This document shows, in pieces, positions 49,706-64,000 of a stretch of DNA of 64,000 nt. The DNA is from the human T2T-CHM13v2.0 reference genome, Homo sapiens. The stretch's first letter is position 1. The number at the start of each line of letters is the position of its first letter. Made by a program: the position numbers and the translations under genes. The notes beneath the pieces are model-generated. The model ran no database searches. It worked only from the letters and a program-made list of their open reading frames with translations, and was not told where the DNA came from. Where the stretch lies: NCBI RefSeq assembly GCF_009914755.1, contig NC_060926.1; one strand, written 5' to 3'.

Positions 49706-51179
49706 TAGAATTTGATGCATGCAACAATAGATAAAAGTTTAATTGTATACTTTCTGTTTTATCTTGACTCAGAATTGGGAACACATTTAATGAAAAAAAT
49801 CATTCAGACTTCAGCACCATACCTCAGCAAGTAATTTGAGTAAAAACTGAATACTGAAGGTGTTTATTTCAACTTGATTATTCTTTATTACATTGCGTTA
49901 CTGTTTTATACTGATTAAAATGCTGACTTTCTATGTTAATAAAAGATTATATTAAATTTTTTGATTTTCCAAAATTGGCAAGATGGAAATATTTACAAGA
50001 AGTTCTACTTGCCTGTGTACTAAGTAATGGAATATAAGATTTCAAAATTAAGATGACCAAAAGCAATTTGGGGCCATAAACTGTTCTGGTGTTTGTTTTT
50101 CTTGAGACAATTGTAAAGCTTGCCTAGAAACTTTTAAGATACCTCTATATAAATATTGAAATAAGGGTATGGAAGTGGGGTCTTCAGCTGTACATAGTCA
50201 CTCCAAGCCTAATTCTCCATCCTCACTCAGGTTTATTACCCTGACCCTTATTTGTGCTAACAGTTATCAAAAAAGACATTGTATATTTGTAAGCGTATTC
50301 ATTAAATTGATGCATTTGAAAGGAACAAATTTTAATTCTAAATATCTGTTTTTTGTAGTAATTTTAATGGGAATACATCTTAGCCACAGCACTAATTTAC
50401 ATCATTTTATACTCTCATGTTAAATCCCTATAATGTAATGTCACTGTATATCCTCCCAAGAGGCATTTAGGGACATATAGCTAGTTCATGATGGAACTAC
50501 ATACTCATATGATCAAACAGAGATGTTAAGGATTCATATGAACCGAGAAATGAGGTTTTCACATATGAAAGCAAATTTACCCATGTGCTTGCAGTTCTGC
50601 AGGCTACTTAAAAGTGCTGTGCAAAAGCCTTTTAAATATAACTCTTGATTCCCATTGCATCTTTGCATTTCATCATATCCCAAAATATACTGCTACCTAA
50701 AGTCTAGTGTTAGGAACATGCACTATGATGAGATGTTTGAAAAATAACATAATTAAAATATAAATCCAGTATGTATGTCTTTATCAACTTTAAATATCTC
50801 CAAATTTACCTGGATGTAATAGCAACATAAAAGTTTTAGATGCCTAAGGACGTCACTAGCAGAAGGTAATGTAGAACCAAAATTATCACTCCACCACTTA
50901 GAGTAACAATTGCAGACATCCACAGGGAAGAAACCTGATAGTGAACTTCACAAAAGCTAAGGACTAAGGTTACCTCCCAGATAATTGGTACCTGATGGGA
51001 GGCACCTGCACCAATGAAGAATTTTGTATGCTAGTGAGACTTTTATATTTTCCCCTTTTATTCTTACTAACCTGTTTGAAAAATAGCTGGTATGGATATT
51101 TTTTTCCTGAGGTAGGTCCTAGTGGTTTGAAAGAAACTATCTCTAATTAGGCCAGAGCAATTCATGTAGAAATAATATA

Positions 51180-51920
51180 AAATGAATTCCTTTAAAATGT
51201 TTAATTATGAAGTATTATAAATATATATAAAACTATATAGGACATATCCATGTGCCAGTAATCCATATTTACCTGATGTTTCTTTATATCTAATTTTTAA
51301 AAACTGAAACATTCAGATATAAATAAATCACTCCTCCCGATTTTCCCCTCCCTCCCTTTGTTTCTCACCAGAGGTTATCACTATCTTGTAGCTGGTAGGA
51401 CACATCATCAGGCATGTCTCTATACTTTTTAAAACATAGGCATGAGATCATAAATAATACAAAAAAATATTTTGGATGCTTTCCTATTTTATACAAATGG
51501 TATATTATACAAATCCTTTCACAACCTGCTAATTTCACTGAAGATTGTTTTTATGATTTATCTATTTTAATGCATGTAAATTAGTTCATTCATTTTAATT
51601 TATGTATAGTATTCCATTATATGAAAAAACACTTGATTTCTTTATTGATGGTAATTATCAATGATTTTTACAAAATGATAAATGCATTCTTTTTTACATG
51701 TAAGAAATACTGAAGTTTATATCGAACTGGAATTGCCAGATCAAAGGGTATATGCTTTTGCAACTTTAATGAATATAGCCAATTGCTCTCCAGCGTTATT
51801 TTATTTTACCAAATCATACTCCCATTTACAGTGGATAAGAACTCTTGTTAATTCATATACTAAGCAACACCTTTTAATTTTTGTCAAAGTGATTTATATT
51901 TCATGGAAACTAGTAATAAT
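51180..51920 (-). mobile_element. Very old L1ME-like 3' end
   Basis: gtatagtattccattatatg, ggaattgccagatcaaagggtat, tactcccatttacagtg. Confidence 0.6.
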
Positions 51921-52143
51921 AAGAATCTTTTTATTTAAATTTTTATTAAAGTGAAATATCAACACAAAATTGAGTAAAACAGGAAAAACAGTCAGACTTC
52001 AAGTTTGCAACTTTCTTTTAAAATCCATTGGATGCAGCACAAACAATTGGCTGAAAATATAAAGAGAGACGGTGCCTACAGAGAGAGTGAAGATGTGAGC
52101 ACTCACCTGAGCTGGACACAATGGGACACCAAAATCCAGCTTT

Positions 52144-52174
<31 letters not shown>

Positions 52175-52503
52175 GTGACATATGAGAAGGCAGGAAGTAA
52201 CACAATAAGATGAGCAAGGATTAATTAGAATAAAACTCAGATATGACACAGATGTTGAAAGTATTTGACAGGGAATTTAAAATAATTACAATTCATATAT
52301 TAAAGATGCTAATGGAAAAATGTGGACAACATGCAAGATCATATGGGTAATCTCAGCAAAAAGGTAGAAACTATAAAAATGAGTCCAATTGAAATACGAG
52401 AAATGAAAAATATGAGACAGAAATGAAGAATTCCTTCAAAAGCCTCGTTATAGGTTCACCCTGGAGGAAAGAAGCATCAGTGAATTTGCAGCAAGGACAA
52501 TAG

Positions 52504-58958
<6,455 letters not shown>

Positions 58959-59233
58959 AAGGACAACAGAAATTATCTAAACTGAAACACAAAGAGGAGT
59001 GGTGGGTGGGGAGAGAGAAAGAAAGAAACAGAATATTTCAAAGCTGTGGGATCATATAAAATACTCTAATACATTTGTAATGGGTATCCCAGAAAGAGAC
59101 AAGAAAGAAAATGGAAGAAATATTTGACTATTTGAAGAAGTGATGGGCAAAAATATTTCCGAAATTAATGACAAGTACCAAACTACAGATCCAGAAACTC
59201 AGAGAACATGAAACAGGGTCAATACCAGCACAC

Positions 59234-59237
<4 letters not shown>

Positions 59238-59293
<56 letters not shown>
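59238..59293. repeat. (AC)28 microsatellite
   Basis: Direct observation. Confidence 0.95.
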
Positions 59294-59296
<3 letters not shown>

Positions 59297-59893
59297 TATA
59301 AATATAACCAAACTGCTGAAAACAAAAGAAAGAAAATCTTGAAGGCAGTCATAGACAAAATTAGCATTGCTTACAGAGGAACGAAGATAAGAATTATGGT
59401 AAACTTCTCTTAAGAAATCATGTAAGTCAGGAAGCAGGAACCATTATTAAAGTGCTTTAAAACAAACCCCTACCAAACCAGAATTTTATACCTACTGAAC
59501 ATAAAATAAAGACTTTCTCAAGCAAACAAACAAACAAAAAAAAAAACAAGGAAATTCATTATCATCAGACCTAATCTAAAAGAAGTATTAAATGTTTAGA
59601 CAGAAGGAATGTATCACAGAGAGACTGAATCTACATAAAGAAATGATTAATGCAGTATATGAAATAAGTGAAAATAAAATAAAATTAGTTTATCTTAAAT
59701 TGTTCCAAAGGATAACTATCTAAAGTAAAATAGTGATGCATTGCATGTTTATATCATATATAAAAGTAAAGGGTCTGATATCAGTATCACAAAGATGGGA
59801 GGGAAGGAATTAGAAATATACCAATATGAGATCATTACATCAGATGTGAAGCAGTATGACATGATTTGAAGGTAGACTGTGATCAACTAAAAA

Positions 59894-60283
59894 TGTTTTA
59901 AGCAGCATAATGATCCGTCAAGGTGTCCATGTCCTAATCCCTGGAATTTTTGACTGTATTACCTTATACAAGAATGGGAACTTTGCAGATGTGATTAAAT
60001 TAAGGATCTTGAAATTGTGAGATTACCCTGGATGCTTGTATGAAGCCAATATAATCAAAGGAGTTGTTACAATAAAAACATGCAGGTGGCCTTTAGAAGC
60101 TGAAAAAGGCCAGGAAAGATTTTCTCCTCAGAGCCTCCAGAAGGACAAGCCTTGCCGACACCATGACTTTACCCTGCTGAAACTGATTTTGGATGTCTGA
60201 CATATAAAACTGTAACATAACAAATTAGTATTGTTCTAAGCTATTAAGTTTGTGGTAATTTTTTTACAGCAGCAATAATAATA
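59894..60283 (+). mobile_element. MaLR solo LTR (MLT1D-like, internally deleted)
   Basis: gtcctaatccctggaa...ctttgcagatgtgattaaattaaggatcttga...agagcctccagaagg...tttgtggtaattt...acagcagcaata. Confidence 0.8.
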
Positions 60284-60664
60284 GGGTGTATGTTGTAAAT
60301 CTTAGAGGGACCAGTAAAAATATTTTTGAATACCTAAATAAAAAATCAATGTAAGAGAGAAAAAGGAATCATTAAAAATTCTCAATTAATATAAAAGAAG
60401 GCAGAAGAATAAAAAAGAAACAAAGAACAGATGGAATAAATATAAAACAAAAAGATGGTAGATTTTTATTGCAACCATATAAATAGTAACATAAATAAAA
60501 ATGATCTAAACACACCAGTTAAAGCGTAAAGATTGTCAGAGAGAAAAGCAAGACCAAATCATAATATGTCTATAAAAGACCCACCATAAATATAAAGACA
60601 TAACAGATATATACATAGGTTAAGAGTAAAATAATGGAGATCTATGTGCCATGCAGACACCATC

Positions 60665-61021
60665 TGTTATGAACTGAATGTGTCCTAGTAAAACTAATTT
60701 GTTGAAACTCGAATCCTCAAAGTGGTGGTATTAGGAGGTGGGGCCTTTGGGAGGTAATTAGGTTTAGATGAGGTCATGAGTGAAATCTTCATGATGGGAT
60801 TAGTCTTCTTGTAAGAAGAGGAGGAGGCACCTGAGCTTCCTGTTTCTGACATGTGAGCAAGAAGGTAGCCATTTGCAAGTCAGGAAGAGAGCCCTCACCA
60901 GAACCCAACCATGCTATCACTCTGAATTTGGACTTTCCAGGTTTCAGAACTGTGAGAAATAACTGTCTGTGTTTAAGCCACTCAGTCTATGATATTTTGT
61001 TAGAGCACCCAAGCTAAGACA
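60665..61021 (+). mobile_element. MaLR solo LTR (MLT1A-like)
   Basis: tgttatgaactgaatg...ggggcctttgggaggtaattagg...ctaagaca termini. Confidence 0.85.
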
Positions 61022-62029
61022 CTATGAAATAGAAAACTGAGGTATATTAACATTGGACAAAGGATACCTCAGAACAAGGGTATTATTAGGGATAAAGAAG
61101 GTCATTACATGACGATAAAGAATACAATTCTCTAAGAGGACAAAACAGTTTTAATGTGTATATTCCTAACACCAGAGCTTCTAAATACATAGAACACAAA
61201 TTGAAAAAGCTGAGAGGTGAAATAAACAAATCCACAATTATAGTTGGATACTTCACCATTCTTCTGTCAGTAATTGAACAAATAGAAAGTCAGTAAGGAT
61301 AGAGAGGATGAGAGGATCTGAACAACACTATAAACCAAATATACCTAATGAATATTTAGAGAACTTTCCACCCAGAAAAGCAGCACATACTTTACTTTAA
61401 ATTGTATATTGAATATACACTGAGATAAGCCATGTATTAAGCAAAAAAAAAAACTTTAATAAATTTGAAAGAATAGAAATCATACAAAGTATATTATTGG
61501 GCCATAACAGAATTAAAGTAGAATCAATAGCAGAAAGACATCTGGAAAATCCATAAATATTTGGAAATTAAGTATCATACTTCTAAAAAACCCATGTATC
61601 TAAGAGGAGCATCTAGGAAATGAAAATGTATTTTGAAACAAATGAATGTAAAAATACAACCTATCAAAATGTGTTTGTACCTAATAGCAGTTCTTAGAAA
61701 AAACAAGTATGGAATTAAGAGCTTTTTTTAGGAAAAATTTTCTAAAATCATATATCAGCTTCCATCAGAACAAACTAATAAAAAGAGCTGACTAAACTCA
61801 AAACAGGAGGAAATAATAAATATAAAATCGTATGTCAATGAAACTGAAAACAGAAAAATAAGAGGAAAAAAATCGATGAAACCAAAAGTTTGTTTCTTTG
61901 AAAATATTACTAATATTGATTAACCTCTACTTAGACTGTCTAAAAAAAAAGAGAGAACACATGAATTACCAATATCAGAAACAAAGGAGAAAATATCATT
62001 GCAGACATATTAATCTTAGAAATACCATA

Positions 62030-62562
62030 TGTACGGAAGGCAAGCCCTAAAATGATCCCAAAGGAAAAATGCCTGGTGATATCCATGCCTGTACGTAATC
62101 TCCTCCCTCTGACTGTTAGCTGGAATTCTTGCCTTGCCTCTAATGAGTAAAATATTCCAGAAATCATGAGACTCCACTTCTGAAATTAGGTTCTGAAAGG
62201 ACCGTGACTTCCACCTTGGGCATTCTTTCTTCCTTTTCCCTAGACTGCTTGCCTTAGGGAAATTCAGATATCATATTGTGAGATAGCTTTGTGAAAGCCC
62301 ACATGGTAAGGGACTAAGGCCTGACAATAACCACTTGAGTCAGCTTGGAAGTGGATCACCTTCCTCAGTTGAGTACAGGTGAAGCCACTGTCCTGGCCAA
62401 CAGCTCAATGGCTGCTTCATGAGAGATTATGAACCAGAGGTGTCCATGTAAGCCAGCCTCCTTATTTGACCCATGGGTTCCTGACTGTAACAAGTATTTG
62501 AGGTTTTAAGCCCCTGTCTCTAATTTTAGGTATAATTTGATATGCAGCAATAGATATCTAAG
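62030..62562 (+). mobile_element. MaLR solo LTR (MLT1F-like)
   Basis: gcttggaagtggatc, ctggccaacagc, tatgcagcaatagata. Confidence 0.75.
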
Positions 62563-63115
62563 TTAATAAGGAGATACTACAAAGAATTCTATGCCCATAA
62601 ATTTGATAACATAAATGTTAGCGAACCAACTTTTTGAAGACACTACCAAAATTCACTCAAGAAGAAACAGATAACCTGAGTAATTGTATATCTATTTATA
62701 AAATTGAATTGTTTAAAATGTTTCAAAAAAAGGCTTAGATGGCTTCATTCATGAATATTACCAAATATTTAAATAATACCAATGAAATAATATTTCTTCT
62801 AAGAAATAAAGAGGAAAGAATATTTCCCAACTCATCTTATGAGACCAGCACTGTCCTAATATTAAAACCATAAAAAGCTATTACAAGAAAATTACAAACC
62901 GGTGTCCCTCATGAACCCAGATACAAAAATCTTCCAAAAAATTTAGCAAATGAAATCCAGCAATCTATACAAAAAATAACATATCACGAGTAATTTGAGT
63001 TTGTCCCTGGAAGTCAAGGCTCATTTATTCCAAAATCTATCAATATCATGAATGATATAGTAGACTTAGTAGAAAATAAAATAAAAGTTCAATATATGTA
63101 GGAAAAAGCATTCGA

Positions 63116-63634
63116 TGCCTTGTCACAAAGATGTCACTAAAGGCAAAGAAGCCCCTGCTCTTCCCAAAGCCAAAGCCAAACCAAAGGTTTTGAGAGCCAA
63201 GAAGGCAGTACTGAAAGGTGTCTATAGACACAGATCCATATGTCACCCATCTTCCAGTCACCCAAAATACTTTGGATTTGGAGGCAGCCCAAATATTTTT
63301 GGAAGTGTGTCCCCAGGAGAAAGAAGCTTGACCACTATGCCATCATCAATTTTCCTTGACCATAGAGTTGGCCATGAAGAAGAAGGACAACAACAACACA
63401 CTTGTGTTTATTGTGGATGTCAAGGCCAACAAGTACCAGACCAAACAGGCTGTGGAAAAGTTCTATGACATTGACATGACCAGTGCCAACACCTTGATCA
63501 GGCCTGATGGAGAGAAGAAGACATTTGTTTGACTGGCTCCTGACTATGATGCTTTGGATATAGCCAACACAATTGGGATTATTAAAACTGAGTCCAGCTG
63601 GTTGATTCTAAATATACGGTTTTCACCAAGACAA
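63116..63634 (+). pseudogene. RPL23A: Processed pseudogene of ribosomal protein L23a (uL23)
   Basis: Intronless; ATG at 63131; reads KEAPALPKAKAKPKVLRAKKAVLKGV, and in other frames [49 protein letters not shown]; several frameshifts; short 3' UTR and A tail; TSD aaaaagcatt (63103-112, 63635-644). The symbol is that of the parent gene. Confidence 0.95.
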
Positions 63635-64000
63635 AAAAAGCATTTAACAAAATTTAACATCCATTTATGATATCAACTTCTAGAAAACTAGGAATGGAAA
63701 GGGACTTATCCTAATACGGGTCATCTCCAAAAGCCTACATAAAACTTCATATGTAGTAGTAAAACACTAAACGTTTTCCCTCTAAGTTCTAGAACAAGGC
63801 ATCAGTGTCATTTTCCACTACTCATATTTAATATTGTCCTATAAATCCAATATAATAAGTTAGGAAAGGTAATAAAAAGGATGTAGATCAGAAAAAAATT
63901 CAAACTATTTGCATATGACATGGTTGTCTGCATAGAAAGTCTCAAAAAAATGTACAAAAAAGTTTATAGCACTAAGAAAAGAGTTTATCCAGGTTGTAAG

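Noticed and set aside
52148-52174. A27 tract resembling a retrocopy tail
   Set aside because: No TSD or recognisable upstream mRNA; it sits at the A-rich start of the old L1 ORF1 region

Overview
AT-rich primate (human-like) genomic DNA with no protein-coding exon I can support. Most of the window is transposable-element fossil. It holds two near-full-length but inactivated primate L1s in inverted orientation (about 15.0-21.8 kb minus, L1PA7-like; about 52.5-59.0 kb plus, L1PA8/8A-like), each nested in an older L1. It also holds a complete THE1A MaLR provirus, a solo MLT2A1 (HERV-L) LTR, several older MaLR LTRs, about 10 Alus, MIR/L2/DNA-transposon relics, microsatellites, and a full-length RPL23A processed pseudogene (63.1-63.6 kb). 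The longer ORFs in the track are L1/THE1/Alu/microsatellite by-products. I found no convincing novel biological system. The most interesting signals are (i) a deletion repaired with two inverted templated copies of adjacent DNA, forming a perfect 18-bp hairpin at 23.8 kb, plus a similar scar at 3.2 kb; (ii) neighbouring LTRs with DUX4-type motifs at 24-27.7 kb; and (iii) a G4 + polypyrimidine + (GGAA)14 block at 38.1-38.3 kb. Subfamily names come from recalled consensus sequences, not from a RepeatMasker run, and boundaries of old elements are approximate.
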